Source: Candidatus Hydrogenedentota bacterium (GTDB lineage Bacteria > Hydrogenedentota > Hydrogenedentia > Hydrogenedentales > SLHB01). Taken from it: DNA of 64,000 bases. Positions 1 through 9,433 of the stretch are shown in pieces (within the stretch, counting starts at the first letter, position 1; each line of letters begins with the position of its first letter). The translations under genes and the position numbers were made by a program. The stretch lies in NCBI GenBank assembly GCA_963668025.2, contig CAXXTH010000010.1, forward strand, positions 1,056,001 through 1,120,000, in the 5' to 3' direction. The notes beneath the pieces were generated by a model. The model did no database searches and was not told where the DNA came from. It saw only the letters and a program-made list of their open reading frames with translations.

Positions 1-579
1 ATTATCAAGAAGTCATCCGCAGACCTGCGAGAAGAGATCGGCAACGTGCCCGGCGCTATGCGCAACGGCATGAGTGAGGCGGCGAAATACGTAAGCCAGT
101 ATTGCGCAGATATGAACGCCAGTATCCAAGAGGTGATCGACAAACTCAACTCCATAGACCCGTCCGTGCGGCATTCGCCCTCCATAAACGACCGTATCGA
201 GGTGGGCTTATCCCAGATGGGCGGCCTATTCAATTCCGCCTTGGACGGGATCACCTCGAAGTTCGCGAGTTCACGGAACACCATGGCCAGCCTGGCGGCG
301 TCACTATCCGCCATGATGGGCAGCATAGGCTCTACGGGCTACACGGTGCGCAACGGCGACGTGGTGAAATCATCCAGCGCTACAGGCACAACGACCGCCC
401 CGGGTGCCGAAGCCCCGATATCGCCCGTTGGCAACACAAACCCTATCGGCATATACCCACCACAGGTGACCGTGAACATCAATCACCCGGTGCTGCATAA
501 GGACGCGGATATCAACGTGTTGTTATCGAAGATGGGGCAGATGCTCCGCGCGCAGAAACTCGCTAAAGGGGTGGGGTGA
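1..579 (+). CDS. Phage tail tape-measure-like protein, C-terminal part (gene begins upstream of the window)
   Basis: Frame is open from base 1 (IIKKSSADLREE...). Ala/Ser/Gly-rich helical composition, RHSPS motif and terminal VTVNINHPV...LLSKMGQMLR segment are typical of tape-measure C-termini. Adjacent to a gp10-like gene. Confidence 0.6.
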   Translation: MIKKSSADLREEIGNVPGAMRNGMSEAAKYVSQYCADMNASIQEVIDKLNSIDPSVRHSPSINDRIEVGLSQMGGLFNSALDGITSKFASSRNTMASLAASLSAMMGSIGSTGYTVRNGDVVKSSSATGTTTAPGAEAPISPVGNTNPIGIYPPQVTVNINHPVLHKDADINVLLSKMGQMLRAQKLAKGVG

Positions 580-1022
580 TGGCGGATACAAATGCGTGGC
601 TTGAGTGGAATGGCGATGAAATCATGATACGCCTGCGGAATGCCACGAAGGACAGCATCAAGAAGATCGCGCTGGCCGTCGAAGCTCAGGCCAAGGTGAA
701 TATTGAAAAACCATTCCTGCATAAGCAAGGCCGTAAACGCAAAGATAGCCGCGACTGGAAGGGCCGATTTCTCAAAAAAGGATCATCCGCAGATGAGCAA
801 CTCATGCGAGGCCAGATCGACACAGGCGCGATGATCAACTCCACGCGCGCGGTGTTCAATGGTCTGCCAGTGGGTACTGAGGCCGCTGTTATTTCCCCCC
901 AGGAATATGCGGAGTACCAAGAAGCTATCCGCCCGTTCCTTATGCCCGCCGTTGATGAGGTCGTTTCAGATAAAGCGGAAGGGATCATTAAGAACCAGTT
1001 TAAAGCGGACGGCATAGATTAG
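579..1022 (+). CDS. HK97 gp10-family phage morphogenesis (tail completion-like) protein
   Basis: Motifs IALAVEAQAKVN, IDTGAMINS, YAEYQE and RPFLMPAVDE. ATG at 579 overlaps the upstream stop (TGATG). Confidence 0.75.
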   Translation: MADTNAWLEWNGDEIMIRLRNATKDSIKKIALAVEAQAKVNIEKPFLHKQGRKRKDSRDWKGRFLKKGSSADEQLMRGQIDTGAMINSTRAVFNGLPVGTEAAVISPQEYAEYQEAIRPFLMPAVDEVVSDKAEGIIKNQFKADGID

Positions 1023-1061
1023 CCCGACACCCGGGCGGCCCGTGATGCTACCCGGTTTTAT

Positions 1062-1108
1062 GCCCCCAGCGGTTCGCTCCCAGTGGGCCGCTGGGGGCTT
1101 TGGTGTTT
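1062..1108 (+). terminator. Rho-independent terminator ending the phage structural operon
   Basis: GCCCCCAGCGG...CCGCTGGGGGC stem followed by TTTGGTGTTT. Confidence 0.65.
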
Positions 1109-1127
1109 CTAGTTATGCTTAGCAATA

Positions 1128-2949
1128 GAGGCATTTGCGAAATAGCGTGGTTTGCGAACGCGCGGACGGTGCGGGCACACGCGGAGCGGTTTTCGCCTGT
1201 GGCAATGGGATTACGCCTCCGCTACGGGTGCAATAAATCATGCAGGAGGTTCGCGTGTAGGACCCTTGCGGCCCGAATGGGCATGGTTTGCCCTTGATTC
1301 GGGCCATCATTGCTTGTGCGGATTCGATGTGATCTATGCGGCGCGGGGCTGTCCGAGGAGCGAGCGCATGCGTTCTGCCTGGCCGGCTTCGAGCCATCCC
1401 AGGGCCATGCCGAGCATGACGAGGAGGGCTAATCCGGTGCGGGCGCGCATCTTTTTCATACCGCGGATGTAGTGGCGCTCGAATCCGTATGCGCCGTCGA
1501 GTCGGCTGTTGACTCGCTCGATGGCGGTGCGGTGTTTGTATTCGCGGCGCCAGGATTTGGCGCTGCGGGGCAGGGGGGTAAAGATGCGCCGGTCGATAGC
1601 GATGGGCACGCGGACAATCCGTCCGTGTTCGGGCTGGCATCCTTGGTTGCAGAGGTCTTGCTGGGTACAGGCGCTCCCGCGTGCCTTGGCTGGGCAACGG
1701 TATTTCAAGGTTCCCCGATCTTGCTCGAATCCTTGGTAGGCCATGGAATCATAGTTGTCGCGTTCGTTTGGGGCGCCGTTACGACACCGGCAGAGGACTT
1801 CACCTCGTTCGGTATGGAAGATCGTGTCTACCCGTTCGGGATATAAAGGGCGGGGCCGTTCCGGTTCTTCTTTCCAGGTCGCCCGGATGTCCACGATGGG
1901 CCGGATTTCATGTTCCTCGAAGAGGCCCTTGTTGTTGGCTTCGGAATCATAGCCCTTGTCGGCGCTGAGGTACTCGGCGCGTTGGACGAGTTCGGGGTGG
2001 CGCGCGTCGAGAGCCGCCACGAGGGGCAGCAGAAAGGGCGAGTCGTTGGCGCTGGCTTTCGTGACCGCGTAGCCCAGCGGCAATTCATATTTCGTGTCCA
2101 CGATGAGGTGCAGCTTGTAGCCGAACCACCGTTTGACCTTCTCCCAGGGCGTGCCGTCCTTGTGAACGCCCTTGTAGGTTTTCGTGCCCCAGTCTGCGTC
2201 GCGGTCGCGCCGCCCGTCCGGCTCTTCGTTTTCCAGGACCGCGTCTTTGCGCGGAGGCTTGGCGTGGGTTTGGATGGCTTTCGAGTCTACGGCCAGACGC
2301 ACCCCGAGATCCGGCAAGCGTTCCATCAGCCGGACGATGAGCGCGTCGAACATCCGGTCCACTTCTTTCCAGTGGCGCAGTAATCTGGCGAAGAACCGCG
2401 TGTACACCCATTCGGGCGGGACCGCCTTGGCGCCCCGCAACACGTCGAATCCGCACAACTGGCGCAATTGCCCGTTTCGGGCTAGTTCGCGGCGCAGGCT
2501 TTCGACGCCGTCGTGCTGGAAGACGATCCCCGCCAGTATGCTGTTCCACATCGCGCGGATAGGATAATCGTCGCGCCGCCCCTTGCGTTCGGCTTCCATC
2601 GCCCGCATCAAATCTTCATCCGGCAGCGCCGCCAGCAACAGGTTCAGCCGATCCAGATCCGACGCCGCGTCGACCTGGTTCCACGAGAACAACCCCATTT
2701 GGTGTATAATGGCCATCGCAAACGTCTCCTTGGTGTGTGCGTGGTTATGTGGTCAACTATACTACAATCACACACGGGAGACGTTACGCCTTTTCCCGCT
2801 CGCCGAGGGCATTTGGGGTGATTTTTCACAAAAAATCCTTATTCATGCCCCCGCCAAGCCCCTTTCCCCGCATTCTCCGGGGTAGGCGCCAATTCCGCCG
2901 CTTTGTAAACCCTTGTCAATACGGATTTTCTTTATTTCGCAAATGCCTC
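1128..2949 (-). mobile_element. Complete insertion sequence (IS1182/IS5-like DDE element), 1822 bp
   Basis: Perfect 17-bp terminal IRs GAGGCATTTGCGAAATA (1128-1144) and TATTTCGCAAATGCCTC (2933-2949). Flanking 7-bp direct repeat AGCAATA at 1121-1127 and 2950-2956. Confidence 0.92.
1334..2716 (-). CDS. DDE transposase (DUF772-like N-terminus, IS1182/IS5-like)
   Basis: 460 aa. AVDSK (D1), WFGYKLHLIVD, LSADKGYDS (D2) and YKHRTAIERVNSRL (E). Lies between the IRs. Confidence 0.92.
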   Translation of the reverse strand: MAIIHQMGLFSWNQVDAASDLDRLNLLLAALPDEDLMRAMEAERKGRRDDYPIRAMWNSILAGIVFQHDGVESLRRELARNGQLRQLCGFDVLRGAKAVPPEWVYTRFFARLLRHWKEVDRMFDALIVRLMERLPDLGVRLAVDSKAIQTHAKPPRKDAVLENEEPDGRRDRDADWGTKTYKGVHKDGTPWEKVKRWFGYKLHLIVDTKYELPLGYAVTKASANDSPFLLPLVAALDARHPELVQRAEYLSADKGYDSEANNKGLFEEHEIRPIVDIRATWKEEPERPRPLYPERVDTIFHTERGEVLCRCRNGAPNERDNYDSMAYQGFEQDRGTLKYRCPAKARGSACTQQDLCNQGCQPEHGRIVRVPIAIDRRIFTPLPRSAKSWRREYKHRTAIERVNSRLDGAYGFERHYIRGMKKMRARTGLALLVMLGMALGWLEAGQAERMRSLLGQPRAA

Positions 2950-2964
2950 AGCAATAAACAAACA

Positions 2965-2994
2965 GTTCCCTTTTTGGGAACCATGTGGTATACT
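2965..2994 (+). promoter_or_regulatory. higBA promoter with palindromic antitoxin operator
   Basis: GTTCCC-TTTTT-GGGAAC palindrome (2965-2981) and extended -10 TG-G-TATACT (2986-2994) just upstream of higB. Confidence 0.6.
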
Positions 2995-3016
2995 TTAGCA
3001 AAGGGATAGAATCTCA

Positions 3017-3328
3017 ATGCGAATAATCAAACGGAAAAGCTTGTTGGAGTTTTGGGCGAAACATCCAGATTCAGAACAGGCGTTAAAGGCTTGGTTTACT
3101 GAAGTTGAAAAAGCCACATGGAAAAACAGCGATGATGTCAAGAGAACATACAGATATGCGAGCATCATCAATTCAGATCGTGTGGTGTTCAATATCTGTG
3201 GCAACAAGTATCGCCTTATAGTGAGTATAAACTACCCAGTGGGTGTAGTCTACGTGAAGTTTGTCGGCACCCATAGCGAGTATGATCGTATTGACGCGGA
3301 GGCCGTGAAATGGAAGCAAAAGTCATAA
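3017..3328 (+). CDS. higB: Type II toxin HigB (mRNA interferase)
   Basis: MRII...EFWAKHPDSEQALKAW...RVVFNICGNKYRLIV...YVKFVGTHSEYDRIDA is the classic HigB signature. Confidence 0.9.
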   Translation: MRIIKRKSLLEFWAKHPDSEQALKAWFTEVEKATWKNSDDVKRTYRYASIINSDRVVFNICGNKYRLIVSINYPVGVVYVKFVGTHSEYDRIDAEAVKWKQKS

Positions 3329-3696
3329 AAACAGAAGCGGATTACGAAGCCGCTCTTGAGATGGTAGAGCGCTATATGGATGCTCAAGAAGGAACACCTG
3401 AAGCTGAAGCGCTCGAATTGTGGTCGCTTCTCGTGGAAGAATACGAGAAACGAACCTATCCCATTGATATGCCCGATCCTATTGCGGCGATTCGTTTCCG
3501 TATGGAGCAAGAAGGGCTTGATGCGAGCGATATGCAAACCTACCTAGGCAGTAAAAGCAAGGTATCTGAGGTACTGAGTGGGAAGCGCTCCCTTAGTCTT
3601 CCCATGATACGAAAGCTGGAAAATGGACTAGGGATACCCGCAGAGGTACTCATACGTGAAAATCCATCGAAAAGGCAAAGCATGCCCGCTTGTTGA
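3310..3696 (+). CDS. higA: Antitoxin HigA (XRE-type HTH)
   Basis: IKTEADYEAAL...PDPIAAIRFRMEQEGL...SKSKVSEVLSGKRSLSLPMIRKL. Overlaps higB. Confidence 0.9.
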   Translation: MEAKVIKTEADYEAALEMVERYMDAQEGTPEAEALELWSLLVEEYEKRTYPIDMPDPIAAIRFRMEQEGLDASDMQTYLGSKSKVSEVLSGKRSLSLPMIRKLENGLGIPAEVLIRENPSKRQSMPAC

Positions 3697-3833
3697 TATG
3701 ATTGCTTCTGATATTACTACGGAACCCGCAAATGAAGTATCTTGATCCACTATCAGGTTGAGCCATATCACCCAGAGGCTTCCAGTGTCCCTCACTGGCG
3801 AGTAGAATCCACACGCTAGGAATCCTTTCAGAA

Positions 3834-3910
3834 TGATCCATAACTGATCCATGGAAGGATTTTGACTAGAAAAGGCCTCAAGGACCATCTCTTGTAAGTC
3901 CTTGAGGCCT
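3834..3910. repeat. Putative att-junction structure next to the tRNA 3' end
   Basis: TGATCCAT direct repeats (3834-3841, 3845-3852) and a 13-bp inverted repeat AGGCCTCAAGGAC (3873-3885) / GTCCTTGAGGCCT (3898-3910), which may also serve as the tRNA terminator. Confidence 0.5.
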
Positions 3911-3923
3911 AGCGCTTTAAAGG

Positions 3924-4000
3924 TGGTGGGCGGTACTGGACTTGAACCAGTGACCTCTTGCATGTCAAGCAAGCACTCTAACCACCTGAGCTAACCGCCC
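3924..4000 (-). tRNA. tRNA-Val(GAC)
   Basis: Minus strand reads GGGCGGTTAGCTCAGGTGGTTAGAGTGCTTGCTTGACATGCAAGAGGTCACTGGTTCAAGTCCAGTACCGCCCACCA. Anticodon arm CTTGC-TTGACAT-GCAAG, T-loop GTTCAAGTC, encoded CCA. Confidence 0.97.
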
Positions 4001-4073
4001 TTTGATGGGCCGAATCATAACAAATTTTTTTTGGATCTGTCAATTTTTGGATCATCCAGGCCTACTTGTGAAT

Positions 4074-7000
4074 TCATTCGATTTCCAATGCTTGTAGGAT
4101 CGCGTCGTTGGCTCCGGTGGCGGATATTTTTACAGTGATATTACCCCCGGCGTCGGGCGTGATATCCGATGCACGCAGGCTCATCGCCATTCCGGTCTTT
4201 CCGGCGGCCGACGCGGGATCCCAGTTCGTCCAGAGTTTCTTGCCATTGATCTCGATATCCATAGGCCTTTCGCCGGGCGAGGCCAGCCAGAGTTCGGCAA
4301 ACTTGAGTTGAACGGAGTAGAGGCCAGACGGCACGGGGACCTTGTACGTTAGCACACGCCCCGTGCGCGCGGTCTGGTAGAGCCGCTGGTCGTTGAGGGT
4401 AGGGGTGGCAAGCTCGACCGGAGACGATGATGTTAGGACTTGTCCGCCTTCATGGTAGGCATCCTGGCCCCAGACAAAACCGTTCCAGTCGATATGGTTC
4501 ACACTCGCGCCTGCATCGATGCGAACGGCGGGCTTCAGTTCCGGCAGCACCTCGATAGCCTGAATCATCGCCTTGTTCGATTTCTGGAGCGGATCGAATC
4601 CGCCCGCGAAACGCAGTGCGATCTGGTTGTTCTGATCCGGCACGACGTACCGGAAGACCCGCGCATAGGCGCGCCGGGGACCTCGCGCGGCCTGGCATAC
4701 ATCGAAGTTCGTGAGCACCTGGCGCCCGTTGATATAGACGTTGAATGGGCGCTCGAAGAACCACTCGTGATTCGTCTCGGCAAAGAGTAAGCGAACGGCG
4801 TATAGCCCCGGCTGTACGGGAATGGCGTACGTGAAATCTTCGCCCTCCCGCCCGCGCTCATACAGCGCCATATCGTCCTGCGTGGCCATTCTAGCGCCTT
4901 CAACATTCTTCTGTTCTATTGCCGTGCCGCCTGCGTAATTCCGCTCATCCGGCAGCCAGGCGTTTCCCTGTGAATCGGTGTACGGCTCGCTGGCGCCGCA
5001 GAGAAGGCGCACGCTTGAGCCATTGGACGGATTGCTTCCCCTGTTTTCCGGGTCGGTGTAGACGATCCGAGGCATCCAAGCAACGACATCATTGTCCGGA
5101 TCGGTTCCCACATCGAGCACAAACCGGATGGCATCGCCTTCTTTCACATCCACGGTGACATCGTGTGGACATCCGAAATCGTCTCCAACAGGCGCATCGC
5201 CCCAGCCCGATGCCGGCCATATCTGCTGCTGGTTCTGCATGATCCGAACGCGCAGGGCCGCGCCCTTGTCCACCCGATAGTGTTCCTTCATCGCGCGTCC
5301 AAGAATCCGAATGGTCCCGGTAGACGGAGCGATCCACTTGCGCACGCACTGGGCGCTCTTCGAGGCTTGCTGCCATCCCCGGCCGCACCGGGCGGTCTCC
5401 GCTCCCTCCCAGTAGCCTTCGACGCCGCCCACCTGATTGCCCGTGCCGCCGACATCGCCGAATGGATTTTTCACGGGTTTGACGAAAGCCATTGGATTGA
5501 ACACGACTCCGTCGGTAGTCGTTTCCTCGTACCATCCGTCGCGCCCGGCCTCTGGGAAATGCCCTCCAAGAGCGGAAGCCGTGAGCGGCTCGTCAAACAT
5601 TGGTTTCGCAGGCGTCCATCCGCTGGCGTTTCCGTCGCCGTCCACAGTTCGCACGTCGTATTGGGCTTGCGGATTCCAGCCTTGCGCGTGATCGAAGAAA
5701 TACGCACCCGCGCTGGCTTTGCCTATCGTCTGGCCATCTCGGCGGACCTCGTAGTAGTTGACGAAATTGTCGTCGGCTCCCGGCGACCAATACACGCCGA
5801 CGCCACTATGGCCGATCTCCGTCTCGCGGCGGCACAATACGGAACCCGGGGCGTCGGGAGGCGTAGAGTCCGCGCCGCCTCCGGGCCGTAGAGGAAGTCC
5901 GAGATAGATGGCTTCGCCGGGCGGCGGATCCGTGATGGTGATGCCATTTTCCATCAGATCAGCGCCGGTCCGTGTCGAGACCGCTTGCGTGGAATCGAAT
6001 CCCACGGCGTAGCTGTGGTCTGGAAGCAGTTCTCGAGGATGGATGGTTACAGTTCCAGATGGCCTGTGCTTGAGTATAATCCAGGCCTTCTTGTGATCAT
6101 AGCTTGTCCGTTGTGAGTAATAGTACTCCGTATCTCCCTCGACAATGGGATGGAGAAGATACGTCCATCGCCCCGTGAGGCCTTCGCGCGTCATGTAACG
6201 ATATATCACGCCTATCTGCCGCCGGATTTCTTCGATGGATGGTTCGGTGGGCTGCCATTTGATTTCCCAACTTGGGGTCATGGTAAGCACCTGCTTGGAC
6301 TTATCAGGCTCATATACCCCGCCCCCATGAATGCTGGGGATTATGTCCGTCCATCTATCGGGCGTATCGAGGTACGAGAAATAGTAGTTTGTCTGGTCTC
6401 CGCCGCCGCCGTCCATATGCATATTGATATCGGCATATCGCTGTATCTCGAAGGTGCGCGCGTAGCGGCTGCCTCCGCTGCACGTGTGGAACGACGAACG
6501 AGGATGCTTCAGAAGGAATGATGTCATCCGCTTGTAGCGGGCTTCCTGAGTGGCGATATCCTTGATGTCCATCGTGTCGGTCCGCCATTGGAAATCGCCC
6601 CAACTGCCGACCTCGTTGTCCAGAATGCCCTCGCTCGGCCATCCGCAATGCCAGGCAAGCATGCCCATTCCCGACTTGTTCAAGTGCCGGATGACGTTCG
6701 CGAAATCCGGCCCATGCCACGTGGGCGTCCAGATACCCGGACTCTCCGACCAGCCCGCGTCGTTCCACACCATTTCCATGCCTGTAGTGCGCGCGGCATC
6801 GGCGGCCAGCATATCGAGATCCGCCAAACGGCCAGCGAAGTTCTCCTGGAGATTGCGGACATCGTTATACCAACCGGGCACGAACAGCATGCGCCCATAC
6901 CATTCGTTGTTGGTGTAATCCCACCGGTGCGCATATTGCCAATCGTAAAGCCTTTTCTGCATGTCCTCGAGCGAATCGCGAAACACTCCCAGCGTAATCA

Positions 7001-8417
7001 CGGGAAGAGTGAGCGAACCGCCTGGGGCTATCGGGTAACCGGCCAGCTCGGGAATGTTTGCCGATACCGCCACGCGGCCAGCGCTGTCCCGATCTACTCC
7101 GAATATCCACACCATGTTATATTCGGCGGCCATAAACCAGCCGTCGCGTTGCTCGCGCCGCTGCATGGCCATCCAGGGCGTGTAGTAGTCGGTGTTCACT
7201 CCGATGTTCGCCTTATGGTAAGAGCCCGACACCTCGGCGCTCTGGAGCAAGCCCGCGTTTTCCCGGCTATTGCCGCCAAACATCCAGTAATGGGTGAACG
7301 TACCATCGGGCATCGGGATGGCGAACTGGCTGGCCGACTCGAGGGTGGCGGGCGCGGTTCCCATGTTCTCGAATTCCGCCCAGTGCCGAAGCACCGTTGC
7401 GCCGTGGTAAGCAACCACATGATAGCGTGCGCGCAGATCACCCTTGTGCAGGTTGATGTCGAGTCCGACCGCGGGACGCCCGCCATCAACCACCTGCCGC
7501 ACTTGGCTGTCCTCCAGTTGCCAGCCGCCGGGCGTTTGCTCGATGGGCTGTTCCCGGAACCGTACGACCGATACCGTCACCTCGCCCCCGGCCACGCTCG
7601 CCGCGCCGCTTATGCTCACGGCACCGTCTTTCGGGGCCCGCCATATGCGCATTGAAGTGGTCGCCCACGAGGGATGCAGCCTCTTTTCGTTGGCGAGCGG
7701 CGTGTATAGCGGCTGGGCATACGGGCAATACGTGGACGTGCACCGAATCCGCTCCGCGTTCGGGTCGGGAGCGCTTGCACTTCCCTCGATAGGCTGCAAC
7801 GCAATATTAAACTGAACGCCGTTGGATGATACTTGATCGACCGAGTCCAGGTATTCGATAAAGCGGGAACCGGGCGTACGAATGGCGTAATACCATATCG
7901 GGCCTTGGTTTAGCGTGGCGTCGTCAGTCGAGAGATAGCGCTCGCCCCCGGCATACTCGACTCCGGTGATCCACTGGGTATTGTCATCCGTCGCGTTGCC
8001 GCCGGAATCGGCCTCGAAGCCAAGCAGGTCGCCCTGCTTGACCTCGATTTTCAGGTTATCCGCCGCCGGATCAGCGCTTTGCGCGCCGGTCAGCGGCTTC
8101 GTCCACAAGACCTCTGCCTGGAATCCGCCGGCGTTCTCCGCTAAAAACGCGGGCAGGGCTATCGCCGGATCGACATAATTCGCCGCGCCGGGACAGAGCT
8201 TGTTCTTGAAACCGGTGAGCCGAAGCGCTCCATTGTCCAACTGGAACTGAAGCTCCAAGGCCGCATTGCCGATGGTCCAGGAAAGGCCATCCGGGGAGGG
8301 GGCCGCATACGCATCATTCTCCGGTGGATAGGCCGTGGCCGTTGCCGGTGAAGCGATTATCGCAAACACATATAACATGGCAACCGAAAACATTATCGTT
8401 CGGAAATTCATGTCCAT
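4074..8417 (-). CDS. Large secreted multidomain glycoside hydrolase: GH36/alpha-galactosidase-like core, FN3-like domain, two C-terminal malectin domains
   Basis: Signal peptide after RBS AAAGGA (start 8417 or 8420). GH36-like motifs VWNDAGW, WRTD and HTCSGG. Malectin motifs LYERGREG..FTYAIPVQPGLYAVRLLFAE and LYQTARTG..YSVQLKFAE. Confidence 0.7.
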   Translation of the reverse strand: MDMNFRTIMFSVAMLYVFAIIASPATATAYPPENDAYAAPSPDGLSWTIGNAALELQFQLDNGALRLTGFKNKLCPGAANYVDPAIALPAFLAENAGGFQAEVLWTKPLTGAQSADPAADNLKIEVKQGDLLGFEADSGGNATDDNTQWITGVEYAGGERYLSTDDATLNQGPIWYYAIRTPGSRFIEYLDSVDQVSSNGVQFNIALQPIEGSASAPDPNAERIRCTSTYCPYAQPLYTPLANEKRLHPSWATTSMRIWRAPKDGAVSISGAASVAGGEVTVSVVRFREQPIEQTPGGWQLEDSQVRQVVDGGRPAVGLDINLHKGDLRARYHVVAYHGATVLRHWAEFENMGTAPATLESASQFAIPMPDGTFTHYWMFGGNSRENAGLLQSAEVSGSYHKANIGVNTDYYTPWMAMQRREQRDGWFMAAEYNMVWIFGVDRDSAGRVAVSANIPELAGYPIAPGGSLTLPVITLGVFRDSLEDMQKRLYDWQYAHRWDYTNNEWYGRMLFVPGWYNDVRNLQENFAGRLADLDMLAADAARTTGMEMVWNDAGWSESPGIWTPTWHGPDFANVIRHLNKSGMGMLAWHCGWPSEGILDNEVGSWGDFQWRTDTMDIKDIATQEARYKRMTSFLLKHPRSSFHTCSGGSRYARTFEIQRYADINMHMDGGGGDQTNYYFSYLDTPDRWTDIIPSIHGGGVYEPDKSKQVLTMTPSWEIKWQPTEPSIEEIRRQIGVIYRYMTREGLTGRWTYLLHPIVEGDTEYYYSQRTSYDHKKAWIILKHRPSGTVTIHPRELLPDHSYAVGFDSTQAVSTRTGADLMENGITITDPPPGEAIYLGLPLRPGGGADSTPPDAPGSVLCRRETEIGHSGVGVYWSPGADDNFVNYYEVRRDGQTIGKASAGAYFFDHAQGWNPQAQYDVRTVDGDGNASGWTPAKPMFDEPLTASALGGHFPEAGRDGWYEETTTDGVVFNPMAFVKPVKNPFGDVGGTGNQVGGVEGYWEGAETARCGRGWQQASKSAQCVRKWIAPSTGTIRILGRAMKEHYRVDKGAALRVRIMQNQQQIWPASGWGDAPVGDDFGCPHDVTVDVKEGDAIRFVLDVGTDPDNDVVAWMPRIVYTDPENRGSNPSNGSSVRLLCGASEPYTDSQGNAWLPDERNYAGGTAIEQKNVEGARMATQDDMALYERGREGEDFTYAIPVQPGLYAVRLLFAETNHEWFFERPFNVYINGRQVLTNFDVCQAARGPRRAYARVFRYVVPDQNNQIALRFAGGFDPLQKSNKAMIQAIEVLPELKPAVRIDAGASVNHIDWNGFVWGQDAYHEGGQVLTSSSPVELATPTLNDQRLYQTARTGRVLTYKVPVPSGLYSVQLKFAELWLASPGERPMDIEINGKKLWTNWDPASAAGKTGMAMSLRASDITPDAGGNITVKISATGANDAILQALEIE

Positions 8418-9433
8418 CACGGTTGGTTCCTTTCTGGCTGCTAAACAGGCCATAAATTAGTGGGCATCCTTGTGTGTTTGCGCCATACTGGATGCATGGG
8501 AAAAGCTACCCGTTTTCTCAATACTGACGCCCAATATGCGCCACGGCGGCGCGCCGTCAAAGCCGTCCCGGGTGGAATGAGCCAAAACAAAACCGCCGAT
8601 TCGCGAAGCGGCAAAAAAGAAGAACGCCTTTGTTTATTGAAGGAATGAGATAGGAGCGCGTTAGGGCCATTAGACGAGCCGCAAACGCGCCCAGAAAAAG
8701 CGCATGGGCCATGTATGCCGCTACATCGAACGCGGAAGGGCAAATCTTAGTATCGTGAAAAGATATTTCCATGACCGATACCATTCCCTCGTCGAAAACC
8801 ACTAGATCAAATTTTTCAAGTCCGCCTATTGCGGCCTCTGGCTTCTACGGTTCCGAAGTGCGCTTGAGCGCCTTGGAGCGGAAAAGCTCACGTTCCTTGG
8901 CAACCACCGGGAAAATCACCAAGCCACTCGTGGCCCTTGAGTTTTGGTCTACGAGGGTAATAGGAGCAAGCCTTCGCCCATCCACAACAGTATAAGTGAG
9001 TTTTATACTCATCTTAAACATATGCTTTTCTTAAACATATAGACAAGAAAAACTAGTGTACATTCCCTTCTGAGAGCAGTTATGAATATGATAATCTGAT
9101 TTTCATATATAAAGGAAATCGTTTAAAAAAACTTGTCCAGTTTGGTTATTGTTTTGTACAATTCACCGATCTTGGATTCAAACATAACAAATCTTGTTCT
9201 TCTATGTAACTCTCATCATAGGTATAGTATAGTGTGTCTAATCGCGTAGAAGTGTCTTCTTGTGGTTTCTGGCTAGGTGAAAAGAAGGACTGTATGAATT
9301 ATGCGCAAACAGGTTATCCCCGTGTTTGAAGAATAAAGCTTTAATCGCATGAAAGGAGTCGGGTACTCTATTCTTCAACGTGTAGATAGGATTCCCTAGG
9401 AATCGTATGACCATAATGCAAAGAGAGGTTTTT

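Noticed and set aside
1119-1697. 192-aa Arg/Pro-rich ORF within the IS as a second IS gene
   Set aside because: It is an alternative frame overlapping the transposase, has low-complexity composition and runs through the IR.
3628-3972. 114-aa minus-strand ORF (MLDMQEVTGSSPVPPT...)
   Set aside because: It is a translation of the tRNA-Val gene and its flank, not a protein.
6588-7655. Long antisense ORFs (also 31978-32988, 42759-43649, 56057-57085, 58561-59439)
   Set aside because: These are shadow ORFs opposite well-supported genes in GC-rich DNA, with no recognisable motifs.
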